Source of the DNA: Scophthalmus maximus
Taxonomy: Eukaryota
DNA length: 64,000 nucleotides
Direction of reading: 5' to 3'
NCBI RefSeq assembly: GCF_022379125.1
Contig: NC_061519.1
Location: forward strand, 23,983,101 to 24,047,100
The position numbers and the translations under genes were made by a program. Positions 41,801-53,641 of the stretch are shown piece by piece. The notes under the pieces are model-generated. The model was given only the letters and a program-made list of their open reading frames with translations. It did no database searches and had not been told where the DNA came from. Numbering within the stretch: position 1 is the stretch's first letter; every line of letters begins with the position of its first letter.

Positions 41801-42225
41801 GAGGATGAGCAAAGCGATTGAGCAGAGGACCGCCGGCCAGGGACGTGGAGAGCAGAGAGTCATTAGGGACAGAGGAGGTCAGAGAAAAGGAGAGACGGGG
41901 TGAATCACTAGCGAGGAGCCTGTTCTGGGTGCTGACGAGGGGAGAGGCGAGGGAAGGTAAGAGGGAAGAGGTGGAGAGAAGGGAGGATGATGTGGAAGAG
42001 AGAATGGACGGCTGGAGAGAGGAGCAGGAGGAGGGTTGGGCTGCAAAGAGAGAAGAGGGCTGGGGCATCGCCATGGAGGTCTGAGCCAAGAACTTGTTCT
42101 CCAGACTCAGAGGAGCAAAGTTAGAGGACAAACTTCTCCCAATAGTGGCCTCCTGCTGCCGCTGCCGCTCTCCTTGGGCCAATGGGTCTACCGGCTGCAA
42201 AGTCAGGGCCCTCATCTCTGTGGAG
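19871..42225 (-). CDS. tep1: Telomerase-associated protein 1 (TEP1, vault/telomerase RNP component), about 45-55 coding exons
   Basis: Minus-strand exons were translated by hand. The N-terminus is MRALTLQPVDPLAQGERQRQQE.., with ATG at 42223-42225, followed by a Ser/Leu-rich low-complexity region. The TROVE/Ro60-like region spans ~37100-41250 (ATLRNLRNMITQGI.. compares with Ro60 ALLRNLGKMTA; AVLLFTDMHDNRTWDQ compares with Ro60 ADVFIVFTDNETFAG). A DUF4062-like exon reads [28 protein letters not shown]. The NACHT P-loop is VVEGGAGEGKTVFM, with further NACHT exons at ~31000-33100. WD40 exons fill 19871-28700 (GHSGGVTSLAFSPDGGRLLSGGKDK; SASYDRTVKLWD; GEVRVWSLPSS). The stop codon follows ..LYFLSWKE at 19871-19873. 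Confidence 0.7.
20516..20620 (-). CDS. tep1: TEP1 WD40 exon (AHSDRISVLRLTNSTIVSASYDRTVKLWDRITKKQ)
   Basis: Acceptor ttttattttcag and donor gtacag on the minus strand. Contains a WD dipeptide motif. Confidence 0.55.
26219..26262. repeat. (CA)n microsatellite in a TEP1 intron
   Basis: Direct reading. Confidence 0.9.
33235..33423 (-). CDS. tep1: TEP1 NACHT Walker-A exon (EDDEAKATSDATEQEVHQGALQRQFFGRGKLLSGAVEMVEQVQTRGGMMVVEGGAGEGKTVFM)
   Basis: Acceptor ttttggcag and donor gtaaat on the minus strand. Contains the P-loop GxxGxGKT. Confidence 0.6.
34637..34928 (-). CDS. tep1: TEP1 DUF4062-like exon (..[53 protein letters not shown])
   Basis: Donor gtaaga after ..QYSW. The R-V-F-[IV]-S-S-T-F-x-D motif is typical of the domain that precedes NACHT in TEP1 and NWD proteins. 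Confidence 0.55.
37751..37780. repeat. (GT)n microsatellite in a TEP1 intron
   Basis: Direct reading. Confidence 0.9.
38715..38878. repeat. Compound (TA)n/(CA)n microsatellite in a TEP1 intron
   Basis: atatacatatatacacacacac.. read directly. ORFs translating as IYIYTH across it are artefacts. Confidence 0.9.
41693..42225 (-). CDS. tep1: TEP1 first coding exon (MRALTLQPVDPLAQGERQRQQEATIGRSLSSNF.., Ser/Leu-rich, loosely repetitive)
   Basis: The ATG is preceded by ..tctccacag. The open frame runs down to a gtacat donor after ..SFEGTS. The 3' boundary is approximate. Confidence 0.45.
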
Positions 42226-42688
42226 AAAACACATCGATCAGAAGGAAAAAGGCCGCAACGAGTTTGAGCCTCTCCTCTGGGTCGCAATCCCTCATAATCC
42301 CAGTCTGCATTGAGTATTGAGATAAGCAGTACAGCAGCATTCCTTCAACTGTTTGACCAAGCATTGTGCCACTGTCATCGAGGGAGTGCTACTCAGCAGG
42401 AAGACTCCATAAAAAGAGACCAAAGTCTGGAAAACAGCCAGCGCACACGGCCCCGACTGACGTTTCAGTTTCACTGGACACCGGGAGAACCACAATGCAT
42501 GAGGAATACGCCCAAAAATTGTAGAATACTATGAAAATCTGAAATTCCCCAAACAGAAGGAAAAAAAATCAGTCATGTACCGATCAAATGGAGAATCAAC
42601 AAGACCAGATGGTTTTTTTGGGGGTTTTTTTTTACTTCACACCATGAACTTGTCTCTCACTGACAGAAAATGTTGGAATAAACGCAGT

Positions 42689-42959
42689 AGCTGCAACAAT
42701 TAAGTGGATTAAATGATTAATCACCAGCTATTTTGACAACCAATTAGTTCTTTTAGTAATGTTTCAAGCAAAAAGGCCAAAAGTTCAGCTTCACAAATAT
42801 TGTGGTATTCTGCTTGTTTTGAAGAAAAAAAATATTTCCGGAGCAGTGGGAAATTATAATGAGCATTTTATTTACTTACTATTTAGTGACATTTTGCAGA
42901 CAAACAATCGAGTAACTGCTCAAATAACTGGAAGATGATTATAATTGTTATTTGCAGCC
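42689..42959. mobile_element. MITE copy (TIRs AGCTGCAACAATTAAG .. GTTATTTGCAGCC), same family as 58557-58904
   Basis: GCTGCAAC and GTTGCAGC termini and an internal gattaa(a)tgattaatc block are shared with the other copy. Confidence 0.45.
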
Positions 42960-43379
42960 TTGTCGAATAACTATATATGTATTTGTGTGTGTATGACATG
43001 ACAATATAGTGAATAAAGTTTAAAGTTGGTCCAGATGTGACTTTTCTTCCCTTTGAGAGGAAGTCTTGTTTTTATTTTTTTTTGTCCCAACAAAGTGAGC
43101 AATTTACCACAAAACACCAACATAAAAACACACAATATACAACATAGAAAAACATGTCCTATGTATATGTAGGATGTCAAAACATACAATAAACCGCAGA
43201 TACACACCAGAGAATTATGATTTCACATCTATTCCTGTAAAAATGTAAACTACTTAGACTGTTTGCAGTCAAGACAAAGACAAGTCGAGACAATCGTGAA
43301 CACTCAACATTACTCATGTTTCCAAGCAGCCTGCTGCGAGTTCATGACTCAGGAGTTTGGAAGGTGTGGTTCTCCTGCT

Positions 43380-43660
43380 GCTGCTGCTGCTGTGCGTTAA
43401 GCTTTGCGCCACCACATTACGCGCAGAACAAACTCACCGCAGACCAAAGTAAAGTCCTCCGGCCGAACGCTGTCTCCGAGCAGAAGTCTGTGTCATGTAT
43501 AGAATCAATGTTTATTAAACTGCAGCGTTATGAGAATCTGCGTGTGGTGACGCCGAGTGCGGCTCCGCCTCCTCCGCACTGTACTTCCTCGTTCAGCAGC
43601 TGCTCGGGCGGGTCTCTGCGGAGCGGAGAGCGCTGATTGGTCAGGATGTTGTGTACTTTT
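43380..43660. promoter_or_regulatory. GC-rich segment with a CCAAT box in reverse (ctgattggtc), a candidate TEP1 promoter or 5'UTR
   Basis: gcggagagcgctgattggtcaggatg lies ~1.2 kb upstream of the TEP1 ATG on the minus strand, with CpG enrichment relative to the flanks. No TSS can be defined from sequence alone. Confidence 0.3.
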
Positions 43661-44443
43661 TTACCGTAATGGCACGAATACAGGCGCTGACGTTGGTCTT
43701 TATTCTTTCTTTTTCTTCTTTTATTAAATTGTTTTACTTATTGACTATAGATCCATCACTGGTTCAAATTTGATAACTTGTTTCTCTTTAAAAGGGTCAC
43801 AACTATATAGTTTGGTTTTTTGAAAATAATTTTCCTGAAATAGTTCTCAGTAATGAGGTAAATCAGTCAAGAGTAAATTGAGTAATTCTTGGGTATTATA
43901 TTGTCTGTCGTGCGCTTTATTAGGAACACCTGCTAATTCATGCAGTCTCATCTAATCGTGTGGCAGCAATGCAACATATACAATTATGTAAATAACAGGT
44001 GAGGAGTTTTAGTTTATGTTCACATCGAACATCCCAGTGGAGAAAATGTGAGCTCAGAGACTTTGACAGGTTCAGATGTGAGAATGTCTGAAACTGCTGC
44101 TGTTCACATGCAAAAAAAAAGAGAGTCTCTGATAAAAACAGACAGCGAGCGAGAGGTGATGAGAGAGAGGTCAGAGGTGATCGAGGGCAAGGCTGGTCAA
44201 CAGAAGCATCTCAGAATGGACAAGTCAACAATGTCAGCCAAGAACAGAAATCTGAGGCTGCAGTGGACACAGGCTGCTCCAAAACTGGACAGCTGAAGAC
44301 GCAGTCTGTTGTGATGAATCTAGATTTCGCAGATGGTGGGGTCAGAATCTGGTAATCTGACAGAATGAATAACCGGTGATGATTTAAATTTTTTTTTCAT
44401 GTATGTTTGGATTTAGTATTTTTTTTACTGTATAATTAGATTT

Positions 44444-45696
44444 TAATTTTTTATTGTATTTTTATATATTTTTATTTTACTGTATGTTTAGATTTTTTTT
44501 CACCGTATGTTTATATACTTTATTTTTACTGTATGTTCATATATTTTTTACTGTATATCTATAATATATATATTTTTCCTGTATGTTCAGATTTTGTATT
44601 TTTCTACTGTATGTTTATATATTTTTTTCATCTGTATGTTTATATATTTTATTTCCACTGTATGTTCAGATTTTCTATTTTTCTACTCTGTTTATATATT
44701 TATTTCTACTGTTTGTTTATATATTTTATTTTTCTACTGTATGCTTATATATTTTATTTCCACTGTATGTTTATATATTTTATTTTTCTACTGTATGCTT
44801 ATATATTTTTATTTCTAATGTATGTTTATGTATTTTATTTTTCTACCGTATGTTTATATATATTATTTCCACATGATATTTTTCTCCTGTATGTTCAGCT
44901 CCGCTGCGACACGGTGACGTTACCGTAACTGTCCGTGTAAGAATCAAAGGAGGAAACGAAACCGCGGTGTTTCCGCTGCAGCAGCAGCGTCAGAAAAAGA
45001 AAAAAAGAAAAAAAAAAAGAAGAAAAAAAAAAAAAAAGGAAAAAGAAAATGTGGCCAGTGAGGACGAACTGAATTTTTTATTGTATTTTTATATATTTTT
45101 ATTTTACTGTATGTTTAGATTTTTTTTCACCGTATGTTTATATACTTTATTTTTACTGTATGTTCATATATTTTTTACTGTATATCTATAATATATATAT
45201 TTTTCCTGTATGTTCAGATTTTGTATTTTTCTACTGTATGTTTATATATTTTTTTCATCTGTATGTTTATATATTTTATTTCCACTGTATGTTCAGATTT
45301 TCTATTTTTCTACTCTGTTTATATATTTATTTCTACTGTTTGTTTATATATTTTATTTTTCTACTGTATGCTTATATATTTTATTTCCACTGTATGTTTA
45401 TATATTTTATTTTTCTACTGTATGCTTATATATTTTTATTTCTAATGTATGTTTATGTATTTTATTTTTCTACCGTATGTTTATATATATTATTTCCACA
45501 TGATATTTTTCTCCTGTATGTTCAGCTCCGCTGCGACACGGTGACGTTACCGTAACTGTCCGTGTAAGAATCAAAGGAGGAAACGAAACCGCGGTGTTTC
45601 CGCTGCAGCAGCAGCGTCAGAAAAAGAAAAAAAGAAAAAAAAAAGAAGAAAAAAAAAAAAAGGAAAAAGAAAATGTGGCCAGTGAGGACGAACTGA
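44444..45696. repeat. Exact tandem duplication of a ~627-bp unit (44444-45069 and 45071-45696). Each copy has an AT-rich ~40-bp minisatellite (tttt(t)actgtatgtttatatatttt..), a GC-rich block with a TGACGT CRE half-site, and a (GAAAAA)n purine tract.
   Basis: ORFs 44507-44818 and 45134-45445 are identical at an offset of 627 nt, and two other identical ORF pairs have the same offset. Copy 2 runs directly into the ZNRF-like 5'UTR. Confidence 0.85.
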
Positions 45697-45874
45697 GGCC
45701 GGACGAAGCACCGCCGAGCCGCACACGACTCCTCCGCAGAGATCGACTGCTGCCATCGACGCTCCCCGCCGACTCGGTCGTCCAGTGCGAGGGACGTTTC
45801 GAGGTGAACTCGTTGTGTCGGTTCGCCCGGAGGAGGAAGCAGCTCGGCCCCCGAAGTAGCTCCCCCCGCTCGAG

Positions 45875-46430
45875 ATGGGGACGAGAGCCAGTCGCCTCCA
45901 GGAGGACCCGGCTCCCTCTGCGTTCGGGAAGGACGGCACAAAGCGGGACTCGTACCGGCGACCCCGCCTCGCCAGGCCCACCAGCCTCATGGTCGACTTC
46001 TCCGGAAGCTTCGAGGACACGGAGGCCAACCGCAGCCGCTCGGAGGAGGGCAGCGACTCGGACCTGGGGCTGCACGGGGCGAGCGCCGACGGCAGCCCCG
46101 CGGACCACCACCACCACGGCGGCGGCGGCGGCGGCATCATCCCCTCCGGCGGGAGCCAGGCGTCACCGGCGGACCACGACGACGGCAGCAGCGAGGGGAA
46201 ACCCGAGGGGGACGGCGGCACCAGCCCGGAGGCTCCCGTCGACGCGGAGCACCGGCCCGCGGAGGAGACAGGCCGCGCGCCCCACCGCACCTTTTCCGAG
46301 CGGCTGCCCGGGAATCGGCACTCTTCCGCCCGCAGCGTCGGCGCAAGATCCGCCCGGGTCCGGGGCACGCACCAGCGGCCGATGTCAGAGGCATGGATCG
46401 GCCTGTACCGTGTGAACAACCGCCATGGCA
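45875..46430 (+). CDS. ZNRF1/ZNRF2-family RING E3 ubiquitin ligase, coding exon 1 (MGTRASRLQEDP.., GC-rich disordered N-terminus with HHHHGGGGGG; family certain, ZNRF1 vs ZNRF2 paralogue unresolved)
   Basis: Begins with an MG N-myristoylation-type motif. The donor gtaagt at 46431 leaves phase 1. Overlapping ORFs in the other frames and on the other strand of this GC-rich exon are rejected because only this frame splices onto the zinc-finger and RING exons. Confidence 0.65.
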
Positions 46431-48655
46431 GTAAGTCATATTAACAATAATAATAATGATCATAATAATAATGATAACTAGCTGGTGTCCATGTGTGAGT
46501 TGCCGGGGGTTAGACATGAAAACAGCTCATTTCCAGGAACAGGACGAGTTCAGCTCAAGTGACAGGGGAATTCGTGGATGTGTCACATCTTGGCACCAGG
46601 ATGAGCCACATTAAAATGACACAATGCACCAGCAGCATCCCAATGTGAGACACCCGGGGTATGATGACGGATGACCCTCATCACCACACCGCGGACCTTC
46701 GACTGAGAGAAGGCGTGATGCAGAGAAATAATAATAATAATACAGACATGATGTCCCGGATGAAGGTGCTCGTGTTCATAGTTTGACAATTTGCAGAGGC
46801 CTGAGTTGACGGTTATCACGCTAATGTCAGGTTTTTAACTCTGGGGGTGTGAATCACCATGGTAACATTACAGGTGAAGTCCGAGACGAGAGATCAGAGC
46901 CAGTCGCCAGTCCCCAACTACTGGCCAATCAGATCACTGGAAAAACCCACGCGTCATCGTTCTACAGGACCCCGACTGGGACAAAAGAGGTTGTTTTTTT
47001 TAGTGACATATAATGAAGCGCAGCAGAAATATTTATAGATGAGTGGAACCATGTTGCTTCTTCCAGACTTTTCACGTGTCCACACAAACGGTTTCTGATA
47101 AACGGAGGGAGAGTTTACGACACTACCTATGAATACATGGGCTCCTTAATATTAGAGCTTCATTTGAATTTGATGAAGATTATTTGATTGCCGACGGAAT
47201 CGCCCACAATGTTTGACTTTCTTTTTCTATCACTGCAGCTCGGGAACAACACGAGGAGACTGTGACGATAGATAGTAATAAAAACGTAATACTATCTCTT
47301 TTATCAGTTAAATGATCCACACACTGATCAATATTTCTAATGAGCACGAATGAATAGCTCAGTGTGATTGATGACATCACACATGGACGTCTTCTGTGAC
47401 ATTGCTTCAGCGCCTCGTCATCACAGTTTGATCATCGCCAGACATCAGGGCAAAAGATATTCACTCGCTAAATTCCTGTGCTTGTTAACATTATATTTCG
47501 GGGCTGACTTTGAATTGAAGTTCTTTTCTATTTGAGTTCTTTGATCATAATATTTTTCATTTCACTTTGTAGAACGCTGAAACCACATCGACCTGCACGT
47601 ATCAGCTTTCTTTTCGTATCATATTAGAAAACTTTATTGTACGCTTCTGACGATGTCGCTTATTATTATAGCGACTCCGTCTCTTCCACATGAACGCGCT
47701 GGTACGGACAGAGAAATGGAGCGTTCACTGAGACAGTTGATGTCCATCTTCGTGGTACAGGTTATCCAGGATGGTCAGTGTTAGGTTAAGTCAAACCAAA
47801 TAAGGAAAACTTAATCCTGGGTATGTTGAACTCGCTTCGTAGGACAGGACCCAGAACAACTCTTAAGGTCAAGTAAAGGTTTCTAAACTGACACTATGAA
47901 TTCTTCATCAAAACATCCCCCCAGCTCAACCCTCAATCTAGCCCTTCTGAAATTAAAATGGATTATGTGAGGAATTTACATTCCTGAGCAGATTATCCTC
48001 TTTTACCCGTGCGTACATGCTAACTGAAATCATCAGAGACCCTATTGTGTGAAGCGGAGCTGTGGCGTAAAAAAAACAACTGTTAAGAAGCGACGACACA
48101 CGAGCCCTTTCATGTCCCAACTGTGGTTGTGCACGGGGCCGTGCAAGTGGAAACAAAAACACAAAGCTATCGACCGCATTTTCGTTGAAGTGCATTAAAA
48201 TGGGAACAAGAGTTTTGCAGAGGAAGTGTGAGTTCTCACTTGGTTTGGACCTGACAAATGTTTTTTTTTTAAAGCCGAAACGCAGAAGTTGCAGTGGGCT
48301 TCCCGGGGCCAGCCCCCTCGAGCAAGTGTCGGGAAATGGGTCACAACTTCACATGCGCGCTCTCACTTTGCTGGCAGCAGCTCACAGATGGGAGGAGAAT
48401 GTAGGGCAGCGAGGCAACGCTTTTCTGCCTGTCCCGTCCCGTCCCATCCCCGCATTGAAATGAAATGAAGCCTTCAAACTTTTCTCAAAATAACATCAAT
48501 CACATCGTGTCTGTGACGAGAGTGCATCCATTACTCTGGGCTGCCGAATCTAGATGTCCAAAACACGGCACTTGTTGTTAAATGTGATGTGCGCTTCATC
48601 CATCATTCATACCTCGCCATACTCACAGCTCTCTCGTGTCTCTGCTTTGTTGCAG

Positions 48656-48751
48656 ATATCCGCTGTCCTTTCTGCTCGAAGCCTTTCCCGGGGGGTCGGA
48701 TTGAGGATCACCTGTTGAGCTGCCTCACGTCTCCTCCCCTACCGTACAATA
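48656..48751 (+). CDS. ZNRF-family exon 2 (N IRCPFCSKPFPGGRIEDHLLSCLTSPPLPYN, the C2HC zinc-finger part)
   Basis: Acceptor ttgttgcag. Matches human ZNRF2 FKCPVCSKFVSSDEMDLHLVMCLTKPRITYN. Confidence 0.7.
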
Positions 48752-48862
48752 GTAAGTATCATCATCACCGTCCTTATCACAGAATTGCACGTATTGGCGT
48801 TGTGATTTAAAAGGCCGGAAAACACTCTTTAAGGTCGCTTTGTGTGTTTTGTGTGTTCACAG

Positions 48863-48968
48863 CGGATGTGCTTAGTAAAGACAGCGGAGAGTGCTCCATC
48901 TGTTTGGAGGATCTGGTTCAGGGGGAGACCATCGCCAGGCTGGCTTGCCTCTGCGTCTACCATAAGAG
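48863..48968 (+). CDS. ZNRF-family exon 3 (T DVLSKDSGECSICLEDLVQGETIARLACLCVYHK, first half of the RING-H2)
   Basis: Matches ZNRF2 EDVLSKDAGECAICLEELQQGDTIARLPCLCIYHK almost residue for residue. Confidence 0.75.
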
Positions 48969-50258
48969 GTAACTGAGTTCACTTGATGTGTTTGTGCATG
49001 ACCAATAAACCAGACAGACAAAACAAGTAGGACGATAAGAAAAGGCGTACAGTGCATACGGTGGGAAAAATGTTTTTCAGGTCAGACGTGATTTCCAGAT
49101 CTGAAAAAAGTGTGGCAACTGGGCTGAGGTAGAAAAATAAGGAAGCAAAAGTTGTTCTGTGCTATTGCACATTATCAGAAAAAGAGACCCGTGTTCCTTC
49201 TCTGTGATATGATGTCCTCAAAAGTTATCTTGACAAACCCTGAAGTGAGTCGCCTCATCAAGAGTGGTTATGTTGGCCACAAGATAAAAACGGATGATTG
49301 TGGTAAAACTCCAGAGAAAAGACAGTTTGCCTTTTGTTTCTGTCTTTGTTACAGTTGGTGAATATTTGCAAAAAGAGATTTCACATCTACGGAAATATGA
49401 ATACAGACGCATCACTGTTAAATTTGAATTAAGTGTAGTCACAAAGACTTTCTTATAACTTAAGAAATTACTATGTAAATGTTTACTATAAATCACGTGT
49501 GAAGTCATTTCCATCTTAGAATCATGCTGCAGTGTTCCCCCAACTTGGACTTCCCCAATTTTCAAGTAGCCATATTCACCCACCCCCCCCCCCCCAGTAA
49601 TTTTGAGCCTGATGAGGTCAGACATTTACCAGGATTATGTAATCGATCATAATGAACATCCTGCCTGCTACATGATGCCACACGTCAGGTTAAACCGTGA
49701 CGTATAAAACCAGCAGAGAGAGAAGTGTCGAAACAGAGGGTTACAAATTAAATTGCTGCAAAAGTTCATCTTGCATAAAGCAGCCACACGTCACAACGTC
49801 TTTTTAGATATTTGTGTTCACAGTGGTACATGCCGTCAGTTTTGTACCGCGGTTTGTAGGCGTGTCCGTTTGACTGATCCATCCGGTAGATCGACATAGA
49901 TTTGGAAACAATGACAGTTGTAAATAATTACACAAACTTGACACAAACTGTCTGAAGAGAGAGAGAACTGCAAATCATTGCAATTTAAAAGCGGCGCAGC
50001 TTGTTAATGTATTTGCTTGTTATTTGTTAATTGACCAGACGTATAATTTCTATATTAGTAATTAAGGCCAATGAAAATAAATACAAGCCCATCACACCTC
50101 TCGTGTTCCTAGTCAGTGTCAGTGTCGTTTCACATGCCCTCGGGGGAAATTCCACAATCTGACAGCGACTGCACCGCAGAGGCTTTGGCATATGAACACG
50201 ACTTCATCAAAAATGTCGTGTCCTCACCCCTTTTTCTCTGCCACTTTTCTCCCTGGTA

Positions 50259-50316
50259 GCTGCATCGACTCCTGGTCCAAGGTGAAGCCCTGCTGCCCCG
50301 AACATCCCTTCGATTG
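50259..50316 (+). CDS. ZNRF-family terminal exon (S CIDSWSKVKPCCPEHPFD*)
   Basis: Matches ZNRF1 and ZNRF2 CID(S/E)WFEVNRSCPEHP(A/S)D-stop. Stop codon TGA at 50314-50316. Confidence 0.75.
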
Positions 50317-53212
50317 ACTCACGGGTCACGTGTTTTCTGCCCAGTGACCAACCCGACTCAGGTGTGTAGTAAGCACGTGTTAGACCTGCTGAAGGTCCAG
50401 GACCTGTCAGCCAAGCTTCTTAGTTAGTTGTGATCCATTTGATCAGTGTGGAATCTGCAAGATAGAAAAAGAAAGTTATTTTAACTTTGACCATATATTT
50501 CAGTCCAGTTTCCAATATTTCAGTCGGTAATATATCAAGTGTTGAGGCTCAAAAGCCGGCAACATTTTTTGTACATCCACAAAGTTGTAGCATCAGTATG
50601 TGAACTAGTGGTATGGTACTGTATCCATAGCAACGGGTATTGTATATTCCAGCATGGAAAGTTTACAGAGAACAGAAAAGTTGGGTGCGTAAAACCTGTC
50701 TAAATTATTTCACGTTCAAACAAAATATGTGAGTTATTCCGATCAGGAGCAGTCCCAGGTTCTGACAAAAGAGCGATAACCACGACCAGTCCAGAAGAAA
50801 AATGAGAATCGATTAACGTGAGCAATAATCCCTACTCAAGTCCGAGATCATTAACATGAGCCAGGTGTGTTTATCAAACAGAAATCAAATGGGCATTATT
50901 AATGGCGCAGAGAAAATCATACAAATGATCCATGTCTGTGTTGTTTTTGCAGGTAATCAGGCCCTTAACTGTGATCTCACAAATCTAGATACAGTGGAAC
51001 AGACATGTCTCTGAACCTTTGCATTTTTTTTTGCAGACTTCAGCCCTCTGTCTAATGGTCACTCTTGTCCTTTTCCCCCCACCTTTACAGGAGACTACAC
51101 TGAATCCTAATAAAATCCCAATAAAGATGTGTTAATGAATAAATAAAAAATCCCCCCTGTCCCCCTTCGGACGCATACTAATATTTCCGTGGAAAACAGA
51201 AGATCCCAACAGGAAGCTACAGTTAGCCACACCCCTGCGTTTTCCATTTGGATCGGCCCATTTGAACTTGGTCTCGACCATTTCAAGCCAAACTCCAAAA
51301 CAACAAAACAAAAACAGCTGCTCCGGTCTAATCTGTGGTCCAGGCCCTTGTTGGAACAGAACAGAAGTGGAGGGGTCCCCCCCCCCTTTTTTTTATTTCA
51401 CAGACTTGGCTTGTAAAATGCATTAACTAGATATTATCGTGCCAGAGCGATGGAACCCGCCTCAGAAAGATCTCGAACTTGGGAAAGAACACGGAGGGCG
51501 GAAAAGTTGTCTGGACTGTGACTCTGGATCCTCTTGTGTATTTCCCCCCTTCCCTTCTCTTGAATGGGATCGTTTATTTTGGTCATTTTTAATTTTTTTT
51601 TAAAGTATTTTAAGTGTTTTGCAACCAAAAAAAGAAAAGAAAAAAGAAAGAGTACTCATCCATGTCCATACATCGGGTGAATGTTTCCTTCCCTCGGCTC
51701 GGCACTGGGAGAGCGTGAACTGTTACCACATAAACGTTGGTGTGTTTTGAACGAGCCGGAGATTGAGGGATGGTCTTTTGGTGAACGGGTGGCCGTCGTT
51801 ACACGGTGTTAATCTGTTTTTATATTACCTGTAAACATTTCAGGGGGATTTTGTGGGCTCCTTCCTTCCATTAGGAGGTCAGTTTCTTGTAGGTGGTTAG
51901 TAAAGCGCTGAGTTTTAATGTGCTGCTACACGCTGAGTGTTTCTGGAAGGTTGGTGGTATTTCATTGGGTCACGGCAGCGCTGGTGTTGGCACCAATTTG
52001 AGCACTTTTGTCCCTCAAGGCTTTTTTTTTTTTTTTGCCCCACATAAAGTCTGGGTTGTGTATGTGTGTGTGTATGTATGTTAAGATGATGACCAGGGAC
52101 AGGAAATGTCCTGAGAATGCCTGTATATTCAAGAAAGTGCGTGCGCGTGCGTGTGTGTTTACTGTAAACTGCCAAGAAGTCTGCTTGGTGAGGCGGGTTA
52201 ACCTTTCTTTAAATTTGAATGCTCTTCTTCCTTTTTTATTTTTTTGTAAACTCGAGTCACGCTGGCGAGCATCCTGTGACATGCGGCATTGGTACGAAAC
52301 ATTGGTGACTCGCGGGGGCCCACGTTCCACGTCTGAAAGCGGTTTTGAGTTATTTGTTTCCCTCCTCGAAATACTCTCTCGGGTGCAGTCCGGATCTGGG
52401 TTTTTTTTTCCTCTCTCTCTCCCCCTTTTTTCTTTTGGACCAGACCCCACGCGACAGTTTCGCCATCTGGGGACATCAATGCCAGATCGGGGCGGGATAA
52501 CGGGGACGGACGGACCGAGGGATGTATTTTTTGGGGGCATGTTTACACCATGTGGCATCTGCCGCTCTCTCCCCGACACTGGAGGCAATGGACAGCTGCT
52601 TGTTAATAATTACACAACTACCCCGCCTTCTTTTTTTTCATCTTGTTTTTAAACAGGATTTTAGATATGACATCATTACATTATGATAATGATTATCTGC
52701 TAAATGTGTCAAATGGCTTTCCTTTGCCTTTGTTTTGTGTGTGCGTTGATTGCCTTTGCCTGGTGACGGGGTTCTTGTGCAAGCGGGTATTTGTCGAGTT
52801 TTTGTTTTTTTTTGAGGACTGATGCGGAGGCCCCCGACTGCGAAGCTGCTCGACAGATGCCGTCTGACAGGTTGTGCGCAGGCCAAGGCAAACTGGGAGA
52901 GGACAAAAAATCGTTCGCTGTCGGAGCCACGTGTCACGGTCTTTGCCACAGCGATATCGATCCGTTTGGAGGTCGGCCCGGTGCACAGGTTTCCCCACTG
53001 GCCAGTTTGTTCTCCAGAGCCTGATCTTCTTTTATTCCCCCTCCTTTTTCTGATCCCTGGTGTGTTCTGAGGTGCTATGACTTGTCCCACCACTCCAGGG
53101 CAGCCCTGCGCATGTTTCTCTCTCTCCTTTTTTCTTTTGTATTGGAGACTAGAAAAAATGATGCCAAAAGTCCGTCTGTGCATTGGGGGGGGGGGCATTG
53201 TGTGAGAGAGTG

Positions 53213-53641
<429 letters not shown>

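Noticed and set aside
44507-45555. Six 97-131-aa hydrophobic ORFs (FIYFIFTVCSYIFY..) in two identical sets. I also considered a CRISPR-like array, given the regular ~40-bp repeats.
   Set aside because: The window is vertebrate DNA. The repeats are an AT-rich minisatellite with no unique spacers, and the ORFs exist only because the repeat unit lacks stop codons in all three frames. Identical ORF sets reflect the 627-bp tandem duplication.
45571-46517. Overlapping 126-282-aa ORFs on both strands in the GC-rich block (for example 45571-46419 minus, 45594-46415 plus)
   Set aside because: GC-rich sequence keeps many frames open. Only the 45875 frame (MGTRAS..) continues by GT-AG splicing into exons with clear ZNRF zinc-finger and RING homology.
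51962-53198. ORFs of 186-214 aa (52008-52652 plus, 51962-52588 minus, 52638-53198 minus) downstream of the ZNRF-like stop
   Set aside because: Their translations are low-complexity and not protein-like. The region looks like a long 3'UTR or intergenic sequence (AATAAA signals at ~51100-51130 and ~54003), not coding.
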